25,333 bases of DNA from a virus. Lineage: Duplodnaviria; Caudoviricetes. Under the pieces are notes generated by a model. It was not told the DNA's origin. It did not search any database and worked only from the letters and a program-made list of their open reading frames with translations. The translations under genes were made by a program, and so were the position numbers. Positions within the stretch are counted from its first letter, which is position 1, and every line of letters starts with the position of its first letter. This document shows positions 16,266 to 24,918 of the stretch, piece after piece. The stretch is from the IMG/VR virus record IMGVR_UViG_3300038393_000230, positions 1 to 25,333 of that record; one strand, given 5' to 3'.

Positions 16266-17573
16266 TTACAGCGACTCGAACACCACGCCGCGCTTGTAGT
16301 AGCTGTTGCTCGCGGTCGGGATGACGTTCGTGTTGGCAGTGGTATCGGTCGGCACGCAGAAGCCGCCGATCCAGTACCAGGACTGCGCGATGATCTGCTG
16401 CAGGCGGTCCAGCGGCTCGCGCGTGACCATGCAGACCTCATCCACGCGGCTGATCAGGGCGTTGTCGCCCGCCATGTCGGACTGGCCCATGCCCTCGAAG
16501 TCGCCCTCGATCAGCGCGCCCTGACCGCAAAGGATGCCGCGACGGATCTTGTTGCCGCCCAGCGTCTGCTGCGGCGCGAGATTGGTCGGGATGAAGCGCG
16601 CGCCCAGCAGCTCGAACACCTGACCATCCCGGTACTCCGCCGAGCCATAGGCGCCGCGGTACAGGGTCTGGAAGTTGGCGTCGCTGAACAGGCCGAGGAT
16701 TTGCGTGTTATCGCCGTAGTAGTTGTACGCTCCAGCGATGTCCGGCACGCCGTTGTCACGCAGCTGCGACACACCGGCCAGCACGTCCAGCATCTTCAGC
16801 TTGTCGCCAGTGGTCAGGGCGGCCGTGGTGGCACGCGCACCGCTACGGATCACCACCGGGGCGACCGCCGACTGCACAGCGTTGCCGGCCGTGCCATCAG
16901 CAACGGTCACGTTGCCGCTGAAGGTCAGGGTGCCACTGATGCCGTTGGGGGCGGTCGAGACGTTGGAGCCGTCCGCGGTGGCGCCGACCAGGGTGTAGAC
17001 ATCCGCACCCACGGTCACGCTCAGGGTGTTGGTGCCGCTCACCGGAACCAGCTGGCCATTGACGAACACGCTCTGGAAGCCGCGGATATCATCGACCGAG
17101 ATGGTCGCCGCCGGGGCGCCCAGCGTGGTGCGCACGCGGGTGTTGCCGCCCAGATAGGCGTTGTACAGCGCATCGCGGGCCAGCGTGTCGAGCGTGCGCA
17201 TGGCCTGCTCGCCGTTGACCTTCGCGTTCTGCAGGAACTGCGCGGCGATGCCGACGCGCGAGGTGACCATGTTCAGATCGATCGAGTCGCCGTACTGGTT
17301 GATCGCCAGCTGGTACTGCTCGACGGTCCAGCCAGTCGGGGTCAGGCCGTTGTCCAAGTTGGTATTGGACGACGGGGATAGGGCGGTGGTCGCCGCCGCC
17401 TTCAGGCCACGACGGGTCTTGGTGATGGTCTCACCGATGGCGTTGGCGAAGGACTCGCGGTCAGCGATCGAGCGGAAACCGAGCTTGGACTGCAGGCCGT
17501 CGTGGAACTCGCGCTCCAGGAAACCCTGCTGGATGATCGGCTGCAGCGCAGCCGGGAAGTTCTGAATACCCAT
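16266..17573 (-). CDS. Major capsid protein (435 aa)
   Basis: Follows scaffold and is followed by a strong terminator; HK97-fold-like segments (GETITKTR, QYQLAINQYG, GQVFELLGARFI); GAGAGG SD. Confidence 0.88.
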   Translation of the reverse strand: MGIQNFPAALQPIIQQGFLEREFHDGLQSKLGFRSIADRESFANAIGETITKTRRGLKAAATTALSPSSNTNLDNGLTPTGWTVEQYQLAINQYGDSIDLNMVTSRVGIAAQFLQNAKVNGEQAMRTLDTLARDALYNAYLGGNTRVRTTLGAPAATISVDDIRGFQSVFVNGQLVPVSGTNTLSVTVGADVYTLVGATADGSNVSTAPNGISGTLTFSGNVTVADGTAGNAVQSAVAPVVIRSGARATTAALTTGDKLKMLDVLAGVSQLRDNGVPDIAGAYNYYGDNTQILGLFSDANFQTLYRGAYGSAEYRDGQVFELLGARFIPTNLAPQQTLGGNKIRRGILCGQGALIEGDFEGMGQSDMAGDNALISRVDEVCMVTREPLDRLQQIIAQSWYWIGGFCVPTDTTANTNVIPTASNSYYKRGVVFESL

Positions 17574-17650
17574 GATGGGCCTCTCTTAAGTGGGGGAATG
17601 GACTGATTTCCCCTGGAGGCCTGCTCCCGATGGGTCGTGCATGTGGTGCT

Positions 17651-18157
17651 TCAGCGCTTGGTGACCGCAGCCCGTGCGGCGGCGTATTCCTCGGCTGACA
17701 TTTCGGTGGCCTTCTTGGCCGGCGGCGCATCTTTCGACGGGGCCGCTTGCGTGGTGCTACTGGCCGGCGTGCCGAACAGGTACGGCTTGGCCTTCTTCAG
17801 CGACTCGATCAGCGCATCAGCGCCGACAACATCGCCGTTCTCGTCCAGCTTGACGCCGGACAGATCGACCAGCTTAAGACCGTCGAGGTCCACGATGCCG
17901 GCCTTGACTGCGTGAGCCTTCAGCTCCGAGCGGATGATGCGTTGCTCGGCGCTCTTGGTGACTTCCGAGACCTTGGCCTCTGCGGCCACTGCGGCGGCCT
18001 TGGCGGCGGCCTCTGCCGCCTCCTTCGCGTCGGACGCTTCCTTGTGCTTGAGCCGCCAGCCGCTGTTTTCGGCGCGCAGCTCCTTCACGTATTCCTTGCT
18101 GAACACTTCCGGTTGCGGCGCGGGAGCGGGTGCGGGGGTCTGGTCTTGATCGGCCAT
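17651..18157 (-). CDS. Capsid scaffolding protein (168 aa)
   Basis: Ala/Lys/Glu coiled coil (YVKELRAEN...), LKKAKPYLF motif and C-terminal MSAEEYAAAR helix; between portal and capsid. Confidence 0.85.
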   Translation of the reverse strand: MADQDQTPAPAPAPQPEVFSKEYVKELRAENSGWRLKHKEASDAKEAAEAAAKAAAVAAEAKVSEVTKSAEQRIIRSELKAHAVKAGIVDLDGLKLVDLSGVKLDENGDVVGADALIESLKKAKPYLFGTPASSTTQAAPSKDAPPAKKATEMSAEEYAAARAAVTKR

Positions 18158-18174
18158 CTAGGCTTCTCCAATGC

Positions 18175-18195
18175 AAAAAACCCGCATCGAGCGGG
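18175..18195 (-). terminator. Terminator-like hairpin between portal and scaffold
   Basis: Minus strand CCCGC-TCGAT-GCGGG followed by T6. Confidence 0.6.
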
Positions 18196-18223
18196 CCTGT
18201 GGGATCACCGCATCAGCGGTGGG

Positions 18224-19684
18224 TTAGATCGTTTCGGATGCCTTGCCTTTCGCCGCGGTAAGCTCGGCCAGCTTCTGCTGTCGCTCGGCGTCGATCCGGG
18301 CGATTTCGGCGGTGACATCTTCAATGTCGTAGTCGTCGGCGATGGTCTGCACGGCCGTTTCCGTGCTCATCGTGCCGCTGTCGACGTGGGTCTTGATGGC
18401 CATGGCGATGGTGCTGCGGTCATCGGCGGTCGGCGGGAACCAGGCCGGCCAGTTGAGCGAGATGTCGGCGTTGGGGGTGAGTTGCCCGTAGGTGACGCCA
18501 CGGATGGTCAGCGGGTACTTCTGGCTGCCGGCGATCACCATGCGGTAGATGTCCAGCAGCGCCCCCTCGCCGTAGCTCGAGCGCAGCTTGTCGGCCAGCC
18601 AGATCAGCGCCTGGTGCATCAGCTCCAGTGCCCGGCCTGACTGCGCCGCGCTCAGCTTGTCCGCGCTGCTGCGGTTGCCGTGCAGGCGCTCCAAGGCGAA
18701 CTCGCGAAGCTTTTCCACATACTTGATGACGGCTTCGGACGCGCTGCCGTTGATTTCCAGCAGCTTGGCATCCCCTTCCTTGTCCACCACGATAGCGTTA
18801 CTTGCGCTGCGCACCATCGGGGCGCCCTCGTCGACGCCCGCCGGCTCCTTGATCAGCAGCGTGGGATCGGAGCTGTAGGTCAGCCCGCGGCCAGCCTGCG
18901 AGAGCTGGTAATCGGCCTCGATCACCGTGTTGATCGCTTCGACGCCGAATGTCGGCGCACCGTCGACCTCATCGCCACCGGGCAAGTTCTTGACCCACAC
19001 CATCGGCACGAAGCCAAGGCTGTGCGTGGTGGTGCGCCGGGTGTCCTCAGCAATCGTCGGGCGCTCGTCGGCCACCTTCCACGGCAGGAACCAAACCTCG
19101 CGGGTCACGTTCCATTCGCGCTTGAACCAGAACACGATGCTCAAGTCGTCTTTCTTGACCGTGTAACCCGCATCGGCCAGCTGCTGACCGGTGACCTTGC
19201 GCAGCTCCGTCACCTTCAGCAACTTGTCGGGCTCGTCCGGGTTCCACATCGGGGTGAGATAGCGCGTGTCCATCACGCTGCAGAACACCCGCTTGGACAG
19301 AAAGCGCACCAGCACTGCAACGCTGCCCACCGATCCACGGGTCGCGGCGTCGATCAGCACCTGGTTGAGCTTGGCGTCCTTCTCGACCGCGCCAAGCGCC
19401 TCCTTGACCTTCTCGTCATCGCACTGGATCGACGGGAAGTGACCCTCACTGAACAGCAGGCTGACGCTGTCATCGACCACCGTTCGGATCAGGCCGGTGC
19501 GCACACTCGGGCGGCGATCGCGCTGCTTGACGTACTCGCCCGCCTCGTTCTGTTCCTCGTGGAACTCATGCGCCAGCACGTCATAGATCGTGCCATCAAG
19601 CACGCGCGACAGCACGTCGATGGTCCACGCGCGCTGCGGCAGGTCTTTGTCCTGCGCGATCAGTCGTGTCAGCGTCGAGAGCAT
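18224..19684 (-). CDS. Portal protein (SPP1 gp6-like, 486 aa)
   Basis: After TerL; motifs HSLGFVPMVWVKN, AQSGRALEL, ISLNW and MSTETAV..EIARIDAE. Confidence 0.88.
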   Translation of the reverse strand: MLSTLTRLIAQDKDLPQRAWTIDVLSRVLDGTIYDVLAHEFHEEQNEAGEYVKQRDRRPSVRTGLIRTVVDDSVSLLFSEGHFPSIQCDDEKVKEALGAVEKDAKLNQVLIDAATRGSVGSVAVLVRFLSKRVFCSVMDTRYLTPMWNPDEPDKLLKVTELRKVTGQQLADAGYTVKKDDLSIVFWFKREWNVTREVWFLPWKVADERPTIAEDTRRTTTHSLGFVPMVWVKNLPGGDEVDGAPTFGVEAINTVIEADYQLSQAGRGLTYSSDPTLLIKEPAGVDEGAPMVRSASNAIVVDKEGDAKLLEINGSASEAVIKYVEKLREFALERLHGNRSSADKLSAAQSGRALELMHQALIWLADKLRSSYGEGALLDIYRMVIAGSQKYPLTIRGVTYGQLTPNADISLNWPAWFPPTADDRSTIAMAIKTHVDSGTMSTETAVQTIADDYDIEDVTAEIARIDAERQQKLAELTAAKGKASETI

Positions 19685-20988
19685 CAGCGGGCCATGTGTT
19701 GGAGCGAAACCGTTCGGGAGACGGTCGGCTTGATGAGCGGGAACATGCGGTGGATGAAGTAGCCGCCTGCGTCGTTCGTGTGGTCGTTGCCGGCGGTTTT
19801 GTCCGGCTCGCCGTTATCCGCCCACACCTGTTGCTCCAGGTGGTCGGCATAGGTCGGGCAGCGCTGGACGTTGACCTTGTAGCGGCGAAGCCCGGTGGCG
19901 TTGCAGAACATCGCGTTCATCGAATTGATGCGGTCCTTCACGGGCGGATTGGCGTCCGGAGCCGAAACCCGGAAGCCGGCATCGCGCAGTAGCTTGATGT
20001 CCGTCTCCGAAGCGTTGACCGACTTGCGCGAGCTGCCCGAAGCGTCCGGGTAGACCGTGATTTCCCGCGACTTGCGGTAGGCGTTGCCGTCGTGCAGCCA
20101 GTACCGTTCCTTGATCTGGCGGATCATGTCCGGCGTGTCGTAGCCCTTGGTGATCTCGTCCACCGCCCGCGGCAGGCCGTCGCGGATCACATGGGTGATT
20201 GCGGACATCTTGCCGACGTTGAAGTCCATGCCCACATGCGCTGCCTCGCCCTCGGCCAGGACATCGGTGCAGGCGTTCAAGGTGCGGCTGAACTGGTGGT
20301 AGACCGTCCCGCTCAGCAGGTTGACGAACTGGCCGTTGAGGTACGCCTCGATCAGTTGCGGCGGGTAGCTCGCCAGCAGGCTCGGGATGTAGTCCGCCGG
20401 CAGGTTCGTTTCGTTGTCGTAGGTGCTGGCCTGCACCATCCCGTACATGTCGCCCAGCGCCGGCTTCTCGCGGACGGCCTTGACCCATTGCGCATGAGTG
20501 AACCGGAAGCCCTCGGGCGTCGTCGCCACATCCACGCCGTTCAGGCCGTCGAAGTTGAGGCGCAGGCGGGCGATGATCTTGCGGAACGCCTGCTCCGCCT
20601 TGCGTACCTGCAGCGTGTCCAGCTCGTCGATGTCGGCCCTGGCGATCTTGAAGCCGACGATGGACTCCGGCTTCTCCATCGAGCGGCAGATGGTTGTCCC
20701 GCGGTACACGCGCCCGGAGTAGAAGTGGATCTCCTTGTTGACCTCGGCGATCTTGACCTTGAGCCCCCAGTCGTGGGCCACTTCCTCGATCGTCGGGTAG
20801 TAGATGTCCCGGATCTGCGGGTAGGTCGGCGCGAAGTAGCCGCGGTTGACCTTGGGATGTTCCCAGTAGTGCTTGCAGGCCCCAGCCGAGATAGCCCAGG
20901 TCTTGCCCGATCCGAATCCGGCTACATAAGCCCGGAACTTGTGCGGCATCGCCAGAAAGCGAGCCTGTGGGACGTTAAGCGTCGGCAT
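19684..20988 (-). CDS. terL: Terminase large subunit (434 aa)
   Basis: Walker A AGFGSGKT, Walker B DIDELD, coupling motif ATTPEG, nuclease GMDFN and DHTNDA. Start placed at MPTLNVPQ (20988), overlapping the end of TerS. Confidence 0.95.
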   Translation of the reverse strand: MPTLNVPQARFLAMPHKFRAYVAGFGSGKTWAISAGACKHYWEHPKVNRGYFAPTYPQIRDIYYPTIEEVAHDWGLKVKIAEVNKEIHFYSGRVYRGTTICRSMEKPESIVGFKIARADIDELDTLQVRKAEQAFRKIIARLRLNFDGLNGVDVATTPEGFRFTHAQWVKAVREKPALGDMYGMVQASTYDNETNLPADYIPSLLASYPPQLIEAYLNGQFVNLLSGTVYHQFSRTLNACTDVLAEGEAAHVGMDFNVGKMSAITHVIRDGLPRAVDEITKGYDTPDMIRQIKERYWLHDGNAYRKSREITVYPDASGSSRKSVNASETDIKLLRDAGFRVSAPDANPPVKDRINSMNAMFCNATGLRRYKVNVQRCPTYADHLEQQVWADNGEPDKTAGNDHTNDAGGYFIHRMFPLIKPTVSRTVSLQHMAR

Positions 20989-21436
20989 CAGGCTTGCGTG
21001 CGTCTCGAACCTCGACCACCACCTTGACGGGCTTGGCCTCGCCTTCGTCGGGGTCGCCGGCATCTGGCTTATCCCGCCACTTCTCCGTCTGACGGTTCTT
21101 CAGCCAGAAGATCATCGATGTAGGGTCGGGCGGGTAATGCTCGATGTAGTCGGCAGAGATGACCGCCCCGCCGGCCTGAAACATCTTGGTGGCCTTGTGC
21201 GAGTAGCCCATCGCCCGCTGGAACAGGGACCGCTCAACCTGAGCGTCAAGCTCGTCCTTGGACCGCTTTAAGGCCTCAAGAAACTCCGGATACTTGAGCT
21301 TCCAAGTGTTAAGCGTCGCCTCCGATACCTCGAACAGGTCGGCCAGATCGCGGTCCGTCGCCCCGAGCCGGCAGAACTTAGCCGCCTGTCGGACAAACTC
21401 AGGCTTGTACTTAGTCGGCCTCCCTACTGCTGCCAT
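20975..21436 (-). CDS. terS: Terminase small subunit (153 aa)
   Basis: GRPTKY start, HTH (GATDRDLADLFEVSEATLNTWK..YPEF) and PPDPTSMIFWLKNR; directly upstream of TerL. Confidence 0.88.
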   Translation of the reverse strand: MAAVGRPTKYKPEFVRQAAKFCRLGATDRDLADLFEVSEATLNTWKLKYPEFLEALKRSKDELDAQVERSLFQRAMGYSHKATKMFQAGGAVISADYIEHYPPDPTSMIFWLKNRQTEKWRDKPDAGDPDEGEAKPVKVVVEVRDARKPDADA

Positions 21437-21500
21437 ATCTTCTGGCCGGCACCTGGCCGCCCCTCCAAAGTGTGGAGCGCCACCCGGACGCCGCTAACGC

Positions 21501-22019
21501 TTACGCCTTGCGCTCGTACCGCTTGATCCGGTCCAGCGCATCGGCAAAGGACTCGCCGGCTTGCGGGATCGGGTTGGCGTTGGGCAGGGCCAGCTTCTGA
21601 ATGATCCAGCTCGGAAATGTCATCGCGTGGATGCCCGTCCCGCCGCCGCCATCCTCATGGTTCACGCCCGTATGGTGCGGCTGGCACAGGACGAGCTGGT
21701 TGCGCACGTCGTCCGGGCTGGTGATCGGCTGGGCCTTGAGCAGTTTGCCGTAGCCGTACACGTCCCATTCCTCGCAGAACTCCTTGAGCAGGCCGAAGTC
21801 CACCACCCCGGCGAACATGTACTCGCAGGCGCGGTGATGGACCTGGAGCTTGTCCGTTGAGCCGCAGATGTAGCAGCGGTAGTGCCCGTCCTGCTTGAGA
21901 CGGCGCTTGGCCTCGCGGAAGTCCTCAGACTCGGCACGCTCGGCGTGGTCCGGGTCGATCGCGAAATCCTTGATGGTGCGGTGCTCGACGTGCTCGGCGG
22001 TCACGGGTGCGTTACTCAT
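21501..22019 (-). CDS. HNH-like zinc-binding protein (172 aa)
   Basis: CYICG..LQVHH and NQLVLCQPHH motifs separated by a long insert; upstream of terS. Confidence 0.6.
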   Translation of the reverse strand: MSNAPVTAEHVEHRTIKDFAIDPDHAERAESEDFREAKRRLKQDGHYRCYICGSTDKLQVHHRACEYMFAGVVDFGLLKEFCEEWDVYGYGKLLKAQPITSPDDVRNQLVLCQPHHTGVNHEDGGGGTGIHAMTFPSWIIQKLALPNANPIPQAGESFADALDRIKRYERKA

Positions 22020-22149
22020 GGGTCTGCGCGACATCGGCCGGCACGGTCGGGGGCTGCGGCTCCTTGCGGGGCTTGCCGTCCCATACGATGAGCAGCAGCG
22101 TTAGCGCGACGAAGCACAGTCCGCTGATGAACAGGAAGGCGCGCTCCAT
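22012..22149 (-). CDS. Small single-pass membrane protein (45 aa)
   Basis: MERAFLFISGLCFVALTLLLIVWDGK...; tightly packed between the o-spanin and HNH-like genes. Confidence 0.55.
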   Translation of the reverse strand: MERAFLFISGLCFVALTLLLIVWDGKPRKEPQPPTVPADVAQTHE

Positions 22150-22150
22150 G

Positions 22151-22399
22151 TCAGTGCCCCTTGCCCCATCCACAAACCTGCTTACCGTGCTCGTCGTGCG
22201 CCAGGATCTGCTTGGCCGTGCCATCGCTCAGCACGTCGGTGCGCGAGACATAGATCGGCGACCAGCCGGCGCAAGGATCGGGCTTAGTCACGCACCCACC
22301 CGTTGTCGCGCAGCTCGCCAGCAGCAGTAGCAGGGGCAGCAGTAGCCACAGCTTGAACCGGTGCGTCCGGGAGCCTGGCAACCTGAGCATCGGTTTCAT
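22151..22399 (-). CDS. o-spanin (Rz1-like lipoprotein)
   Basis: Lipobox LLLLASC, further Cys residues, overlaps the 3' part of the i-spanin in another frame; start 22399 or 22390. Confidence 0.8.
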   Translation of the reverse strand: MKPMLRLPGSRTHRFKLWLLLPLLLLLASCATTGGCVTKPDPCAGWSPIYVSRTDVLSDGTAKQILAHDEHGKQVCGWGKGH

Positions 22400-22589
22400 G
22401 GCGTGATTCCAGTTGTTCCGTCTTGGCCTGCGCGTTGGCGACATCGTTGCGAGCGGCTTGAGCATCAGCCTCGCCAGCCTGCTTGCCCCTGGATCGCCCG
22501 GTCAGGTACACGGCACCGAAAGCCGCGAGCACAGCGCCTAGCCCGCATACCCACTTCCACGCCTTGGCCCAAAGGAGTGCGAACATCAC
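22284..22589 (-). CDS. i-spanin (Rz-like)
   Basis: N-terminal TM segment followed by an Ala/Gln-rich coiled coil; downstream of endolysin and holin. Start GTG 22589 or ATG 22586. Confidence 0.78.
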   Translation of the reverse strand: MMFALLWAKAWKWVCGLGAVLAAFGAVYLTGRSRGKQAGEADAQAARNDVANAQAKTEQLESRHETDAQVARLPDAPVQAVATAAPATAAGELRDNGWVRD

Positions 22590-22822
22590 GCGCCCGCCTT
22601 GTCGGTTTCGTCCGGCTGAGGCGACTGGTCCACCAGCCTGCCCAGGATGCCGGCGACCATCAGGACGGCCGTCACGGCATAGCTACCCCATTGCGGCACC
22701 AGCGAGCGCAGCTCTTGCGGCACAGCCAGCCAGGCGCCCTGCACCGCCAGGGCCAGCGTCATGGCATGCATGGACAGCCAGCGCCAGGACTGACGCCATT
22801 GCGGGTCGAGCTTGACGCTCAT
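22586..22822 (-). CDS. Holin-like protein (78 aa, two TM segments)
   Basis: MSVKLDPQWRQSWRWLSM...GILGRLVDQ; overlaps the endolysin stop. Confidence 0.72.
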   Translation of the reverse strand: MSVKLDPQWRQSWRWLSMHAMTLALAVQGAWLAVPQELRSLVPQWGSYAVTAVLMVAGILGRLVDQSPQPDETDKAGA

Positions 22823-23301
22823 TGCGCAGCCCTCAACAGGTTTGCAGCCATACGCTTTGCCCAGCCGCGCCCAAAGGTCGGCCAGGTGGATAGGTCGGTC
22901 AGGTATTGCAGGCGGTAGGCGTCGAACCGCAGGCACACGGCCAAGGGATCGGCGGCCTTCACCGCAGCAAGAGTCTTGGGGCCGATCACCCCGTCCTCTG
23001 CCACGCCTACCGCGCGCTGGAGCCATTGGGCTGGGCGACCGCCGTTGTAGGCAGCGTCCAGCACTTGGAGCGCCACCTGTGCCGGCATGTCGTCGCAGTG
23101 GTAGGAATCCCAGTATTCAGCTTTGGCGATCGCGCGAGCGAAGCTCAGCGGCAGGTCGCGCATGGCACCGGTATAACCGTGGGCACGGGCTACGCGAGCA
23201 GTGACGCCCCACATCGTTTCTTGGCCCGGATCGGCCGGATTGTTGCTGTAGCCGCCCTCATTCCCGATCAAATCGGCGAAAGCAGCGTCGAAGGTGCTCA
23301 C
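22819..23301 (-). CDS. Endolysin, glycoside hydrolase family 108 with C-terminal peptidoglycan-binding domain (160 aa)
   Basis: EGGYSNNPADPGQETMWGVT catalytic motif, LQRAVGVAEDGVIGPKT and FGRGWAKR; GTG start at 23301 overlaps the upstream TGA. Confidence 0.92.
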   Translation of the reverse strand: MSTFDAAFADLIGNEGGYSNNPADPGQETMWGVTARVARAHGYTGAMRDLPLSFARAIAKAEYWDSYHCDDMPAQVALQVLDAAYNGGRPAQWLQRAVGVAEDGVIGPKTLAAVKAADPLAVCLRFDAYRLQYLTDLSTWPTFGRGWAKRMAANLLRAAQ

Positions 23302-23531
23302 GGGCGATCCGCTTTCCGGTCCATTTTGTCTTCCAGGCGCGCCAGGGAGGCCATGATCTGCGCGAACTGTCCATCGGTCCTGCGCTGGGCCGCATCGGCG
23401 TTTGCGGCCAGGTTCTCGATCCGCACCTCGGCCCCCGTGAGCCGTGTCGAATGACGCCACAGCCACGCAACAATGCCGCCCACAGTTGGGATGGCTACCG
23501 CTGCCAAGGCGATCAGGTCAGACGAATTCAT
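23298..23531 (-). CDS. Single-TM coiled-coil protein, putative holin/antiholin (77 aa)
   Basis: N-terminal hydrophobic helix, C-terminal LARLEDKMDR; coupled to endolysin; GAGG SD. Confidence 0.65.
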   Translation of the reverse strand: MNSSDLIALAAVAIPTVGGIVAWLWRHSTRLTGAEVRIENLAANADAAQRRTDGQFAQIMASLARLEDKMDRKADRP

Positions 23532-23542
23532 GGTGCCTCGCG

Positions 23543-23785
23543 TCAGTAAGTGCGGCGCGGGGCCGGCTTGAGTGTGGTTACGTTGCCGGCTTTCTCGGCT
23601 TCGGGCTTGCCGTCGGCCATGAGCAGCGAATCGACAGAGACTTCGCCCCTGCCTGGGATGCCCATGAACATGGCGCCGCCTTCCATTCGATAGACGTACA
23701 GGCCGCCGTAGCGTTTGCAGAGCGCTTCGCCGTCCGGGATGTATGCCTCGCCCTCAGGCAGGGACACTTCGGTGTCGGCGCTCAT
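23543..23785 (-). CDS. Hypothetical protein (80 aa)
   Basis: ATGA overlap with the phosphoesterase stop; fills the gap. Confidence 0.65.
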   Translation of the reverse strand: MSADTEVSLPEGEAYIPDGEALCKRYGGLYVYRMEGGAMFMGIPGRGEVSVDSLLMADGKPEAEKAGNVTTLKPAPRRTY

Positions 23786-24918
23786 GCGGCCCTTGCCCGG
23801 ATCATCCCGACGCTAGCAATGCTGCGGCTGTAGATCCCATAGGTGCGGTCGATGTCGATGCGCTGCATCTGGCGCTTGGCGCGATAGCCGCTTGCCGCAT
23901 GCCACGCATCACCGGCAGCCAGCGTGTTGAACGCCTCAACCGTACAGCCGCGATATTCCTGGTGCTTAGTATGGTGGATATGGCCGGTCCACCAGTACCG
24001 ATGCTCGGTCTGCCCCCAATCCTCGGCGCGGTCATGCGCCATGATGGACGGAAGCTCCTCCAGCTTGATCTTGTCGCCGTGCGTAATGCCGATCAGGTTG
24101 CGTCCGAAGCGCTGATAGAAGAACTTGGCCGGTGACGTCTCAACCTCCACACGCGGCTCGTTCGAGTAGTACGCGGCAATGATCAGCGCCATCCATCCCG
24201 CCGAGTCGGGGTTGTGATTCCCCGGCGTGATGAACACCTTGACCTTACGGTGCTTCTGCAACATCCGCCCGATGCAGTAGCGGAGCGCGTCAACCGCAAC
24301 ACGGATCACGCGCTGATAGCGGGTGTCCACGTCCAACAGGTTCCCGCTGGCCGGCGTCATGTTGCTGCGGTTGTCGGCGTGCAGGTAGTCGCCCACGTCA
24401 ACGAGGTATCCCGTTTCGCTGTCAGGGGCGCCAGCGACAAGCAGGTCGATGGCAGCCCGCAGGTCAGCGGACGCAATCGACGTGTCGAAATCCTCTCCGC
24501 CCGTCTCAGCCGCCCATGCGTAGGCGCCGAAATGAGCGTCGCCGATCATGTAGGACGACAGGCTGTCCGCCAGGGCCGTTCGCTTGAGCGCCTTGATGGG
24601 CTTAGCTAGGCCGGAAACCTCATGCACCAGCGATGCGACAACCGCGTCCATGAGCTTGCGGCGGGCCTCTTGGTCCGCAGCCGACTTCACCCACTGCCCT
24701 GCGATGTTGCCATCTCGGTCGTACAGGGTCGAAACACCCTTGACCGTGAAGCCCTCCGGGACCGTCTTGGTCATGCCATGCTTTGGCGAGTAGCCCTTGA
24801 GCGCGGCACGCCTGGCGTGTTTCTGCATGGTCGATCGGGCCACGCCCAATGCGGATGCGGCCTTGTTGATGCTGCCGTGCCGCTCTAGTGCGTCAATCAC
24901 CTGCTCGTCAGTGAGCAT
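23782..24918 (-). CDS. Calcineurin-like metallophosphoesterase with N-terminal HTH (378 aa)
   Basis: All five metal motifs present (GDAH, GDYLH, GNHN, HGD, GHIH); N-terminal GSINKAASALGVARSTMQKH helix-turn-helix. Confidence 0.88.
   Translation of the reverse strand: MLTDEQVIDALERHGSINKAASALGVARSTMQKHARRAALKGYSPKHGMTKTVPEGFTVKGVSTLYDRDGNIAGQWVKSAADQEARRKLMDAVVASLVHEVSGLAKPIKALKRTALADSLSSYMIGDAHFGAYAWAAETGGEDFDTSIASADLRAAIDLLVAGAPDSETGYLVDVGDYLHADNRSNMTPASGNLLDVDTRYQRVIRVAVDALRYCIGRMLQKHRKVKVFITPGNHNPDSAGWMALIIAAYYSNEPRVEVETSPAKFFYQRFGRNLIGITHGDKIKLEELPSIMAHDRAEDWGQTEHRYWWTGHIHHTKHQEYRGCTVEAFNTLAAGDAWHAASGYRAKRQMQRIDIDRTYGIYSRSIASVGMIRARAA

Noticed and set aside
20989-21063. Longer TerL N-terminus given by the ORF track
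   Set aside because: It would lie deep inside terS; MPTLNVPQ at 20988 fits the usual spacing to the Walker A motif.
22823-23466. Extended starts for holin (23026) and endolysin (23466)
   Set aside because: They overlap neighbouring genes; coupled starts at 22822 and 23301 fit better.
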